DNA of 64,000 nucleotides, taken from an uncultured bacterium. GTDB lineage: Bacteria; Omnitrophota; Gorgyraeia; Duberdicusellales; CBEUCJ01. The translations under genes were made by a program, and so were the position numbers. The DNA is taken from NCBI GenBank assembly GCA_965541615.1, contig CBEUCJ010000001.1, positions 195,754 through 259,753 on the forward strand, in the 5' to 3' direction. Below the pieces are notes generated by a model that made no database searches, was not told where the DNA came from, and was given only the letters and a program-made list of their open reading frames with translations. Shown here piece by piece: positions 43,945-53,129 of the stretch. The number at the start of each line of letters is the position of its first letter. Position 1 is the stretch's first letter.

Positions 43945-45354
43945 ATGCGTAAGATAGTAATTTTATTTATTTCTCTTTTATTAGGAAGCTTTGTATATCC
44001 TTTTGAAATTAAAAATGAAAATTTTGAATATGCAGGTTTTTTAAAAACAGAAGTTTGGCTTAAGATTAACAACGATAATCAGCATCTTTTTCTTTCTTCT
44101 TTTAAAAATACTTTTGATTTAGAAACAGAATATAAAATCTCTGAGAATTGGGTGTTTTTTACGCATTTAAGGTATTATTATGATTTTGCATATGATATAA
44201 GAAACAGAGAAAATTTTGATAGAAATCAAAGTATTTCAGGTCATACCCCACGTACACATTGGTTAAGAGATTGTTATTTGGATTTTAATTCTGATAAATT
44301 AGATTTGAGATTGGGAAAGCAACAAGTAGTTTGGGGGCAGACAGACATCCCTATTTTAGATAGAGTTATGCCTTTAGATTTAAGTTGGTGGTGGCTAAGA
44401 GATTTAGAAGAGATAAGAATCCCTCTATGGATGATAAAGGCAGAGTATTTAACATCACTTAACTCTATTTTACAAGTTTTAATAATCCCTGATTTTGAAG
44501 CTAATAGATCTGCACCAGCATATGATACTTTTTCTTTTAGGTCTGTAAATGCTTTTTATGATTTTAAAAATTTGATGAAAAGTTTGGGAGGCAATGTGAT
44601 TGTAAAAAATTATTCTGTGCCAAAAAAATTTAAAAATTCTACATTTGGTGTAAGATGGAGATCGATTATACCTGGCTTTGATTTAGAATATACTTTTAAT
44701 TATCTATATGGATATACTTATTCAGCTTATACTTATTCTGAAGGAGTCAAAAATATAAGAGGTATATTTGGTGCTTTACCCATAGCTGATTATTATTATT
44801 CAAGAAGACATAAAAGATATCAACTTTTTGGATTTTCTTTTGCTAAAAGTTTTGTTGAAGCTGGAATATTGAAAGGATTAACTTTAAAAGGAGAGTTTTG
44901 TTTTATACATAAAGAACCTGCTTACTATGGAATCTCAGGTTCTCGTAAAATTACTGAGAATACAGACAAATACAATTGGGGTTTAGCTTTAGAAAGGTAT
45001 ATTTTTACTGATTGGTTAGTAAATTTACAGTTCTTACAATTTAGAACAAAAGATTTTACAAAACAAGGCTATAAACTCTTAGATAAAGCTACTTATGGAA
45101 TACAAGACAAATATGAGAATTACTTAATACTTAAGGTTATGACAGATTTTATGCATGAAAGATTAAAACCAGAACTTTTAATAGTCTGGCAGGACGATAA
45201 CTCTGGAAGGATAGTTTCAAAAGTTAAATATGAATTAAGAGAAAATATCTGGTTAAAGTTAGGTGTAGCGCATTTTTTTGGTGAGCTCGACACTCCTAAT
45301 GGAGAGTTTAGAAATAAAGACCAGCTATTCTTTGAGGTAAAGTATACTTTTTAA
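43945..45354 (+). CDS. outer-membrane beta-barrel protein (DUF1302-like)
   Basis: Signal peptide; alternating amphipathic strands; C-terminal ...VKYTF (aromatic C-terminus). Confidence 0.35.
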   Translation: MRKIVILFISLLLGSFVYPFEIKNENFEYAGFLKTEVWLKINNDNQHLFLSSFKNTFDLETEYKISENWVFFTHLRYYYDFAYDIRNRENFDRNQSISGHTPRTHWLRDCYLDFNSDKLDLRLGKQQVVWGQTDIPILDRVMPLDLSWWWLRDLEEIRIPLWMIKAEYLTSLNSILQVLIIPDFEANRSAPAYDTFSFRSVNAFYDFKNLMKSLGGNVIVKNYSVPKKFKNSTFGVRWRSIIPGFDLEYTFNYLYGYTYSAYTYSEGVKNIRGIFGALPIADYYYSRRHKRYQLFGFSFAKSFVEAGILKGLTLKGEFCFIHKEPAYYGISGSRKITENTDKYNWGLALERYIFTDWLVNLQFLQFRTKDFTKQGYKLLDKATYGIQDKYENYLILKVMTDFMHERLKPELLIVWQDDNSGRIVSKVKYELRENIWLKLGVAHFFGELDTPNGEFRNKDQLFFEVKYTF

Positions 45355-45409
45355 AGTTGCAAGGTTTAAAATTTGACAGGAGTTTTTTGAGATATTACAA
45401 TAAAATTAA

Positions 45410-46408
45410 ATGCATAGTTTTTTTAGAAGAAGTAGTTTTATATTATTTTTGTTTTTTAGTGGAGTTAGTTTTTCTCACCCTAAGACCACACGTTCCCTTA
45501 TAATTAAAAAAACTTTAGATGAATGGGAATTAAGATTAGGTTTAAAGACAGGTTACTTAGATGGAGAAATGAATTATGTGATTAAACCTGCTCCATATAA
45601 AAGTAAATTAGATTTTCCTTTAGGAAATTGGCTGTATGGAGGAGAGATTTTAATAGGTAGAAAACCTTTATATCTTGGTTTCGAGTTTTATAAAGAAATA
45701 TGGCAGACTGCTTCAGGAGATATGGAAGATAAAGACTGGGAGTGGGGGATTCTTCGTTCTTATACTAAATCAGATAGTGAAGTTAAACTGAAAATACAGA
45801 ACGTTTATCTTAAATTCTGTATTTGGGAAGGGAAAAATTTTTGGAAAGGGATTTCAGAAGATAAATATCAAAGACTTTTCTTTTTAGCAGGTTATCTTTA
45901 TGAAAGATTTAAATACAGAATATTAGGAATAAGAAATGTCTTAGCAGGAGGAAGTTCATATGAAGGAAAAGAAGTCTTAGCTTATAAAGCTGAGTATACA
46001 GTACCCTATATAGGAATAGAAGGTGAGTGTATTTATGAGATAGATAATTATTCTTTATCAAAATTTTTTAAAAATCTGGGAATATCAGGCTATATTGCAG
46101 GTTCTCCTTACACTAAAGTAAAGCAGAGAGATGATCACGTATTGAGAAATAAGTTAAGCCATGGAGATTGCGATGGATGGGCTGTTTTGGCAGGTTTAAA
46201 GATTTTTATAAAGACTAACAAAAATTGGGAGATCAATTTTGGTTTAGATTATCTTAATATAGAGACAGATGGCAAACAATCACAATACTGGTATGGAGAT
46301 GACCCTCTCAGTGCTTATGATGATACAGGCACTCATATAGATGGTATTGATTTGGAAATAAAACAGCATTATAAATTTTACTGGATGAGTTTAGTTTACA
46401 GATTCTAA
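45410..46408 (+). CDS. omptin-family outer-membrane aspartyl protease (OmpT/Pla-like)
   Basis: Segment-by-segment similarity to E. coli OmpT: DMEDKDWEW (vs VDQDWMD, catalytic Asp pair); LFFLAGYLYERFKY (vs LGLMAGYQESRYSF); TVPYIGIEGECIY (vs KMPYIGLTGSYRY); RDDHV (vs DNDEHY, Asp-His dyad). Signal peptide, ~310-aa mature size, C-terminal Phe. Confidence 0.55.
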   Translation: MHSFFRRSSFILFLFFSGVSFSHPKTTRSLIIKKTLDEWELRLGLKTGYLDGEMNYVIKPAPYKSKLDFPLGNWLYGGEILIGRKPLYLGFEFYKEIWQTASGDMEDKDWEWGILRSYTKSDSEVKLKIQNVYLKFCIWEGKNFWKGISEDKYQRLFFLAGYLYERFKYRILGIRNVLAGGSSYEGKEVLAYKAEYTVPYIGIEGECIYEIDNYSLSKFFKNLGISGYIAGSPYTKVKQRDDHVLRNKLSHGDCDGWAVLAGLKIFIKTNKNWEINFGLDYLNIETDGKQSQYWYGDDPLSAYDDTGTHIDGIDLEIKQHYKFYWMSLVYRF

Positions 46409-46417
46409 ATAATTCAT

Positions 46418-47035
46418 TTGAATTTAAATAATTTTAAACTTTGCCTTTCAATCTTAATCTTTATATTCCTCTTAAATTGTGCTTCTCAAATAGCAAACTT
46501 AGATTCTAAAGGTCAAAATATAATTTGTTTTGGTGATAGTATTACTTCAGGAGAAGGAGTAGGAATAAAAGATTCCTATCCTTCAATTTTATCTAAACTT
46601 TTGAAAAGAAAAGTAATAAATGCAGGAAGACCAGGTGATACTACCCAAACTGCTTTGAAAAGATTAGACTCAGATGTTTTAAGTAAAGACCCCTATCTGG
46701 TAATTATAGAGCTTGGAGGAAATGATTTTTTACAAAAAGTGCCTTTAGAAAAAACTCTTTCTAATATTGAAAAAATTGTAAAAAAGATTATAGAAAAAGG
46801 AGCAATAGTAGTCTTGTGTGATATAAGCTCAGGTTTTCTTTTATCTGAATATAGAAAAGGATACAAAAAAATTGCACGCAAATATAAAGCTATTTTTATA
46901 CCAGAATTATTAAAAGGGATAATAGAAAATCCTTATTTAAAATCTGATTTTATACATCCTAATAAAGAAGGTCATAAAAAAATAGCTTACCGTATCTATG
47001 AAACTTTAAAAGAATACAATTTATTTTCAAAATAA
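46418..47035 (+). CDS. SGNH/GDSL hydrolase (TesA-like arylesterase/lysophospholipase)
   Basis: ICFGDSITSGEG (GDS block); ELGGNDF; DFIHPNKEGH (DxxH). Confidence 0.7.
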   Translation: MNLNNFKLCLSILIFIFLLNCASQIANLDSKGQNIICFGDSITSGEGVGIKDSYPSILSKLLKRKVINAGRPGDTTQTALKRLDSDVLSKDPYLVIIELGGNDFLQKVPLEKTLSNIEKIVKKIIEKGAIVVLCDISSGFLLSEYRKGYKKIARKYKAIFIPELLKGIIENPYLKSDFIHPNKEGHKKIAYRIYETLKEYNLFSK

Positions 47036-47039
47036 AAAT

Positions 47040-47756
47040 TTAGGGTTTATTATATTTTCTTAAAGCTTTTAAAAGATAGGAAAAATCTTTAGGTAGAGGA
47101 GCAACCAGCTTTAGGGTTTCTTTTTTAAAAGGATGAAAAAATTCTAAGCTTAAAGCATGTAAAGTTAATCTGGAAATAATTGGTTTTTCTTCTCCTTTCT
47201 TTTTGTAGTTCTTTTTTATTTGAGATAAATATATAGGTTCTTTATTTGCATAAAGAGGGTCTATAGCTAAAGGATGATTTATGTATTTTAAATGCAATCT
47301 TATTTGATGTCTTTTTCCTGTTATAGGAGTTATTTCTAAAAGTGTATAGTCTTTAAATCTTTCTAATACCTTGTATTTAGTCTCAGCAGGCTCTCCAAAT
47401 TTTGATAATTTCATCCTTAAGAAACTTTTTTTATCTTCACAAATAGGTTTCTTAATAATGCCTGTATCTTTTTCTACTCTACCTTTTACTATTCCTAAAT
47501 AGATTTTATTAACTTCTCTATTTTCAAAAGCTTTGTTTAAAAATTTATGCATGGTTTTATCCTTAGAAAATAAGATTACTCCTGAAGTATCTTTATCTAA
47601 TCGGTGAGTTACAAATAATCTTTTGTTTATTTTTTCTTCTAATATTCCTAATAGAGTCTCTTTTTTAGGGGTAAAACTGTTAGGGATCGTAGTTAATTTA
47701 GCAGGTTTATTTACACAGATTATAAATTCATCTTCATATAAGATTGGGATTTCCAT
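47040..47756 (-). CDS. RluA-family pseudouridine synthase
   Basis: HRLDKDTSGVILFSK catalytic motif. Confidence 0.75.
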   Translation of the reverse strand: MEIPILYEDEFIICVNKPAKLTTIPNSFTPKKETLLGILEEKINKRLFVTHRLDKDTSGVILFSKDKTMHKFLNKAFENREVNKIYLGIVKGRVEKDTGIIKKPICEDKKSFLRMKLSKFGEPAETKYKVLERFKDYTLLEITPITGKRHQIRLHLKYINHPLAIDPLYANKEPIYLSQIKKNYKKKGEEKPIISRLTLHALSLEFFHPFKKETLKLVAPLPKDFSYLLKALRKYNKP

Positions 47757-47764
47757 TTTTAAGA

Positions 47765-47851
47765 TGCCGGAGGAGGGATTTGAACCCTCACCCCCTTTGA
47801 AAGGGGAGCAGATTTTGAGTCTGCCGCGTCTGCCAGTTCCGCCACTCCGGC
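47765..47851 (-). tRNA. tRNA-Leu (anticodon CAA)
   Basis: Manual fold: acceptor GCCGGAG/CTCCGGC; anticodon stem GCAGA/TCTGC with loop CTCAAAA; long variable arm CCCCTTTCAAAGGGG; T-arm GAGGG-TTCAAAT-CCCTC; no encoded CCA. Confidence 0.8.
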
Positions 47852-47884
47852 TTCTTAAAGATTAAGGAATCTTTTGAAGACAAG

Positions 47885-47957
47885 TGGAGCTGGAGGGACT
47901 TGAACCCTCGACCCCCAGACTGCCAGCCTGGTGCTCTCCCAGCTGAGCTACAGCCCC
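47885..47957 (-). tRNA. tRNA-Ala (anticodon GGC)
   Basis: Manual fold: GGGGCTG acceptor with G3:U70; D-arm GCTC-AGCTGGGA-GAGC; anticodon loop CTGGCAG; T-arm GAGGG-TTCAAGT-CCCTC; discriminator A; no encoded CCA. Confidence 0.8.
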
Positions 47958-47983
47958 ACTTTTTCTAAAAAGAACTTCTAAAA

Positions 47984-48042
47984 AGTATATATTAGCAAAA
48001 ATTTTGTGTCAAGTTGACAACAAAAAATTAAAAGAATAAAAT
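47984..48042. promoter_or_regulatory. back-to-back divergent sigma70-like promoters sharing a 13-nt palindrome (TGTCAAgTTGACA)
   Basis: Minus strand: -35 TTGACA (48007-48012), 17-nt spacer, -10 TATACT (47984-47989), reading into tRNA-Ala/Leu/rluA. Plus strand: -35 TTGACA (48014-48019), 17-nt spacer, -10 TAAAAT (48037-48042), reading into nfo/leuS. Confidence 0.45.
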
Positions 48043-48060
48043 ACTGAAATTTTAACTAAA

Positions 48061-48906
48061 ATGAAGTTAGGTATGCAAATCTCTATTCAAGGAGGTTTAG
48101 ATAAGGTAATAGACAGAGCTTTAGAATTAGGTTGTAATTGTATACAATTCTTTCCTAGAAATCCTAGAGAATGGAAGAGAAAGAAATTGAATAAAAAAGA
48201 GGTAGAGTTATTTAAAAAGAAGTTAAAAGATACTAATATTAGTCCTGTAGTAATTCACGCACCTTATACTTGTAATTTAGCTTCTCCAAAAAAAAAGTTA
48301 TACAGAGATTCTGTTAAAGCTTTTATGAGAGATGTTCAAGATGCAGATATATTAGGTGCAGATTTTTTTGTTTTTCATATGGGTTCTCATTCAAAGACTT
48401 CAGAAAAAGAGGGTTTAGATAGAGTGACAGAAGCTTTAAAGACTGTATTTGAAAAATTGAAGCCTCGTTGTACAATTTTATTAGAAAATACCTCAGGTAG
48501 TGGAAGTTGGTTAGGTTATACTTTTTGGCATCATAATTATATTTTAAAAAAATTAAAATGGAACAAGAAAATAGGAGTGTGTTTAGATACTTGTCATAGT
48601 TTTTGTGCAGGATATGATATCTCTACAGAGGAGGGTTTAGAGAATTTATTAGAAGAAATAGATAAAACTGTGGGTTTAGAAAGATTAAAATTAATTCATT
48701 TAAATGATTCAAAAGACAAACTTGGTTCAAAAAAAGATAGGCACTTTCATATAGGAGAAGGATTCATTGGTTTAGAGGCTTTTAAGAGAATAGTAAATCA
48801 CCCAAAATTGAGAGATCTGCCATTTATTTTAGAGACACCCAATAAAAACCCTTCTGATGATCCTAAGAATTTAATGATTGTAAAGAGTATTAGAATTGAA
48901 AACTAA
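48061..48906 (+). CDS. nfo: endonuclease IV (AP endonuclease, Nfo)
   Basis: HAPYTCNL; ILLENTSGSGSWLG; GVCLDTCHSFCAGYD; IHLNDSKDKLGSKKDRHFHIGEG, co-linear with E. coli Nfo. Confidence 0.8.
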   Translation: MKLGMQISIQGGLDKVIDRALELGCNCIQFFPRNPREWKRKKLNKKEVELFKKKLKDTNISPVVIHAPYTCNLASPKKKLYRDSVKAFMRDVQDADILGADFFVFHMGSHSKTSEKEGLDRVTEALKTVFEKLKPRCTILLENTSGSGSWLGYTFWHHNYILKKLKWNKKIGVCLDTCHSFCAGYDISTEEGLENLLEEIDKTVGLERLKLIHLNDSKDKLGSKKDRHFHIGEGFIGLEAFKRIVNHPKLRDLPFILETPNKNPSDDPKNLMIVKSIRIEN

Positions 48907-48919
48907 AAGGAGGCAAAAA

Positions 48920-51385
48920 ATGAGTTACCCTTTCAAGGAGATAGAAAAAAAATGGCAAAAAAAATGGGAGGAATCCAAGTTATTTAAATGTGACTTAGAT
49001 GATGCTACTAAACCTAAATTTTATTGTTTGGTTATGTTTCCTTATCCTTCCTCAGAACTCCATGTAGGGCATGCCAGAAACTATGTATTAGGAGATGCTG
49101 TAGCTCGTTATAAATTAATGCGAGGGTTTAATGTGTTGAATCCTATGGGCTGGGATGCTTTTGGATTACCAGCTGAAAACCAAGCTATTAAACATAATAT
49201 CCATCCAAAGACATGGACTTTTAATAATATAAAAAGAATAAAAGAACAACTTAAAAGCTGGGGAGTAGTTTACGATTGGGATAGAGAAATAGCGACCTGC
49301 GAACCTGATTATTACAAATGGACTCAATGGTTATTTTTGAAGCTTTTTGAGAAGGGTTTAGCTTATAAGAAAAAAGCTCCTGTTAATTGGTGTCCAAAAT
49401 GTAAAACAGTATTAGCAAATGAGCAGGTAATAGATGGAAAATGTGAAAGATGTTCTACAGAAGTAGAATGGAGAGAGTTAGAACAATGGTTCTTTAAGAT
49501 AACTTATTATCAAGATAGGTTATTAGAAGATTTAGAGATGTTAAAAGGATGGCCTGAAAAAGTAAAGATAATGCAAAGAAACTGGATAGGAAAATCCTGG
49601 GGAGCTGAGATAAAGTTTAAAGTTAAAGGGAAAGATATTGACATTGTATGTTTTACTACAAGACCTGATACTTTATTTGGAGCAAGTTTTTTAGTTTTAG
49701 CTCCTGAACACCCTTTAATTAAAGATTTAATTTCAGATTCTAAAAATTTTTCTGAGCTAAAAAGTGCTATAGAGAGATTAAGAAAGCAACCTAAATTCAT
49801 AAGATATCTAAAAGACGTTGAGAAAGAAGGAGTTTTTTTAGAAAAATTTGCTATAAATCCAGTAAACAATAAAGAAATACCCATATTTGTATCGAATTAC
49901 GTTCTAACTGAATATGGAACAGGAGCAGTTTTTGGGTGCCCAGCTCATGACCAGAGAGATTTTGAATTCGCTAAGAAATACAACTTAGAAATAATAGAAG
50001 TTATTAGACCTTTAGAAGGTCAAAGTCCTTTACCTTTTAAAGCTTATGAAGGAGAAGGAGTTTTAGTGAATTCAGATAGATTTACAGGTTTAGATTCACA
50101 AAGAGCAAAAAAAGAGATAGTAAAATTTTTAGAAGAAAAAGGCTTAGCAAAAGAAAGCTTTCAATATAAATTAAAAGATTGGTTAATTTCTAGACAAAGA
50201 TACTGGGGGGCACCTATCCCTATTATCTACTGTGAGAAATGCGGGATAGTCCCTGTCCCAGAAAAAGATTTACCAGTTTTATTACCTCCTGTTAAAGAAT
50301 TTAAACCCACAGGTGAAAGTCCTTTAAAGTATGTAAAAGAGTTCGTTGAGACTAAATGTCCAAAATGTAAAGGACCTGCAAAAAGAGAAACCGATACCAT
50401 GGATACTTTTGTAGATTCAGCCTGGTATTATTTAAGATACATATCTCCTCATTTAGAATCAGCTCCATTCGATGTAGAGAAAGTGAATAAATGGTTACCT
50501 GTCGATCAATACATAGGAGGAGTAGAACACGCAGTTTTACATCTTCTTTATTCAAGATTTATAACTAAGTTTTTGTATGATTTGGGATTAGTAAATTTTA
50601 AAGAACCTTTTATGAATCTTTTTACACAAGGTATGATAATAAAAGATGGAGTTAAGATGTCAAAATCTAAAGGAAATGTAGTTTCACCTGATTTTATAAT
50701 AGAAAATTATGGAGCTGACACCATGAGACTTTATATTCTGTTTATGGGTCCTCCTGAAAAGGATGCAGAATGGCAGGATAAAGGTCTACAAGGATGTTTT
50801 AGATTTCTGAACAGATTCTGGAATTTAATAGAAGAAGCAAGACAAAAGAAGTTAATTGAGAATGTAAAAAAAGAATTTGATCTGAATTCTGAGAGCTCAA
50901 AGATATTATGGAAAAAGCTAAACTACACTATAAAAGAAGTAACTCAAAATTTAGAAAATAATTTCAGATTTAATACAGCAATAGCTAAAATAATGGAATT
51001 AGTAAACACTATATATCAAGTAAAGGATTCTCAAGATTTAGATAAAAATCTTTATGTTGAAGTATTAAAGAAACTCAGTTTGTTATTAGCTTGTTTTGCT
51101 CCTCACATTGCAGAAGAAGCTTGGTCTATTTTAGGAGGAAAAGAATCTGTATTTAAACAAAAATGGCCTTCTTATTCAGAAGAGATTCTAGAAGAATCTG
51201 AAATTGAATATGCAGTTTTAGTAAATGGAAGAGTAAAATCTCACATAAAGATAAATAAAAATTTAAATTCTGAAGAGATAAAAAAGATAGCTTTAGAAGA
51301 CCCCAAAATCAAAAAGATTTTAGGAGAAAAAGTTCCTAAAAAAATAATTTTGGTACCTCAAAAACTCATTAATATCGTAATTTAG
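48920..51385 (+). CDS. leuS: leucyl-tRNA synthetase
   Basis: HVGHARNY (HIGH); KMSKSKGN (KMSKS); CP1 editing domain. Start moved to the ATG at 48920, preceded by AAAAGGAGG; the ORF track begins at a TTG at 48896. Confidence 0.9.
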   Translation: MSYPFKEIEKKWQKKWEESKLFKCDLDDATKPKFYCLVMFPYPSSELHVGHARNYVLGDAVARYKLMRGFNVLNPMGWDAFGLPAENQAIKHNIHPKTWTFNNIKRIKEQLKSWGVVYDWDREIATCEPDYYKWTQWLFLKLFEKGLAYKKKAPVNWCPKCKTVLANEQVIDGKCERCSTEVEWRELEQWFFKITYYQDRLLEDLEMLKGWPEKVKIMQRNWIGKSWGAEIKFKVKGKDIDIVCFTTRPDTLFGASFLVLAPEHPLIKDLISDSKNFSELKSAIERLRKQPKFIRYLKDVEKEGVFLEKFAINPVNNKEIPIFVSNYVLTEYGTGAVFGCPAHDQRDFEFAKKYNLEIIEVIRPLEGQSPLPFKAYEGEGVLVNSDRFTGLDSQRAKKEIVKFLEEKGLAKESFQYKLKDWLISRQRYWGAPIPIIYCEKCGIVPVPEKDLPVLLPPVKEFKPTGESPLKYVKEFVETKCPKCKGPAKRETDTMDTFVDSAWYYLRYISPHLESAPFDVEKVNKWLPVDQYIGGVEHAVLHLLYSRFITKFLYDLGLVNFKEPFMNLFTQGMIIKDGVKMSKSKGNVVSPDFIIENYGADTMRLYILFMGPPEKDAEWQDKGLQGCFRFLNRFWNLIEEARQKKLIENVKKEFDLNSESSKILWKKLNYTIKEVTQNLENNFRFNTAIAKIMELVNTIYQVKDSQDLDKNLYVEVLKKLSLLLACFAPHIAEEAWSILGGKESVFKQKWPSYSEEILEESEIEYAVLVNGRVKSHIKINKNLNSEEIKKIALEDPKIKKILGEKVPKKIILVPQKLINIVI

Positions 51386-51708
51386 TGATTTTTAAGATTT
51401 CTTATCAAGAGAGAAAAGCTCTTCTTATTTTGGTTTGTATAATTTCAGTAGGAGTAGCTTTTAAATTTATAAAGAAAAAAGTCAGATTTGCTCAGATAGA
51501 ACAAAAGTTTTTTCAAAAATGCATTAATGTAAACAAAGCAGATTTTAAAGAGCTGGTGACTTTACCTTTTATAGGAGAAAAAATAGCCAAAGAAATAATA
51601 AAAGAAAGGCAGAAAAAGCCATTTAATTCTTTAGAAGATTTATTAAGAGTAAAAGGGATAGGTAATAAAAAATTAGAGAAGATAAAAAGATTCATTTGTT
51701 TTGATTAA
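51385..51708 (+). CDS. comEA: ComEA-like helix-hairpin-helix DNA-binding protein
   Basis: N-terminal TM; INVNKADFKELVTLPFIGEKIAKEIIKER...LLRVKGIGNKKLEKIK (HhH pair). Confidence 0.65.
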   Translation: MIFKISYQERKALLILVCIISVGVAFKFIKKKVRFAQIEQKFFQKCINVNKADFKELVTLPFIGEKIAKEIIKERQKKPFNSLEDLLRVKGIGNKKLEKIKRFICFD

Positions 51709-53119
51709 GTTTTTAGCTCCTTTATTTTTCATCTTTTTTTCTATAGGAATTTTTTTGAGTAAATTTTTTTCTTTCAATTTTTTATTCTTTTCTCTACTGC
51801 TTTTTATAATTCTTTTGTATTTTTTCTTAAAATTTAAAAGATTATTTTTATTCGACATTTTTTTACTTTTAGTTTTTTTAATTTTAGGAGCTCTTTTGCA
51901 CAGAATAAATATTTTTAGTTCATCTGCCCACATAAAAAATTTTTTAAAAGAAAAAGAAGTAATTTTTCTTAAAGGCATTATAAATTCAGACCCCAAAAAG
52001 TATTCTAAAAATTTTACTGAATTTTTAATAATGCCTTTGGTGTTAGAAAGAGAAAATAAAATAATCAAAAAAATAGAAGGAAATATAAAAGCATTTTATT
52101 GGGGAAATTTAGATTTAAATTATGGAGATCTTTTAATATTAAAAGCAAAAGTTAAAAAAAATAATCTCTATATAATCTGGCTAAAGAAAATAGGTAGATT
52201 CTTTCTTAATCCTTTAAAGTACGCTTCTTATAAACTAAGAAAAAGTATAGAGAAGACTTTTCAAAGAGAATTTTCTCCACAAATCTCAGGGTTTTTAAAT
52301 TCTATTCTTATTGGTAAAAGAGAGTATCTATCAAAAAAAGAGCTAATCATTTTTAAAAATACAGGGACTATGCATCTTTTGGCTATTAGTGGTTTGCATG
52401 TAGGAGTATTTACAGGTATTTTAAATTTTATTTTGAAATTTTTTGGATTAAAGAAAAAATTTAGATATTTTTTTCTTTTGCTTTCTCTTCCTTTTTATGC
52501 TGTTTTGACTGGTTTAAATCCACCTGTATTGAGAGCATGTATTCTGGTATTTTTTTGGATAATCAGTTTTTTCTTAAATAGACCGCAGGATTTAATTAAT
52601 AATTTATTTATTTCAGCATTGTTACTTTTATTTTTTAAACCTGAACTCCTTTTTAACATAAGTTTTCAGTTTTCCTATATATGCACTTTTTTTATAATCC
52701 TTTTTTTAAATACTATTAAATTTAAACCTCCTCTTCTTTATCTTAAAAATCTATCTTTAATCTCTATTGTAGCTTTTTTGAGTACTCTGCCTTTAGTTTC
52801 ATTTTATTTTGGTATAATCCCTTTTGTAGGAATAATAGCTAACATATTTTTGACACCTATTTTATTTTTGGTAATGTCATTAAGCTTTTTATTTTTGTTT
52901 TTACAAATTTTCAAATTAGGATTCATTATAAAAGATTCTCTTTTATTTTTGGTAGAGCTCTTTAGATTAATTAACTTTTTTTTATTTAAGATAGGTGGTA
53001 AGATAGATTTTAAATTTTCAATTTTAGGAGTAGTTTTCTATTATTCTTTATTTTTAGGGATGATATTTATTTTTAAGTATTCTAGAAGAAAACAAGATAC
53101 TCCTTTAATTTTACCTTGA
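51701..53119 (+). CDS. comEC: ComEC/Rec2-family competence channel protein (DUF4131 + competence domains; no metallo-beta-lactamase domain)
   Basis: IFKNTGTMHLLAISGLHVGVFTG core motif; polytopic; ends after the competence domain (472 aa). Confidence 0.65.
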   Translation: MIKFLAPLFFIFFSIGIFLSKFFSFNFLFFSLLLFIILLYFFLKFKRLFLFDIFLLLVFLILGALLHRINIFSSSAHIKNFLKEKEVIFLKGIINSDPKKYSKNFTEFLIMPLVLERENKIIKKIEGNIKAFYWGNLDLNYGDLLILKAKVKKNNLYIIWLKKIGRFFLNPLKYASYKLRKSIEKTFQREFSPQISGFLNSILIGKREYLSKKELIIFKNTGTMHLLAISGLHVGVFTGILNFILKFFGLKKKFRYFFLLLSLPFYAVLTGLNPPVLRACILVFFWIISFFLNRPQDLINNLFISALLLLFFKPELLFNISFQFSYICTFFIILFLNTIKFKPPLLYLKNLSLISIVAFLSTLPLVSFYFGIIPFVGIIANIFLTPILFLVMSLSFLFLFLQIFKLGFIIKDSLLFLVELFRLINFFLFKIGGKIDFKFSILGVVFYYSLFLGMIFIFKYSRRKQDTPLILP

Positions 53120-53129
53120 AATTTTATTC

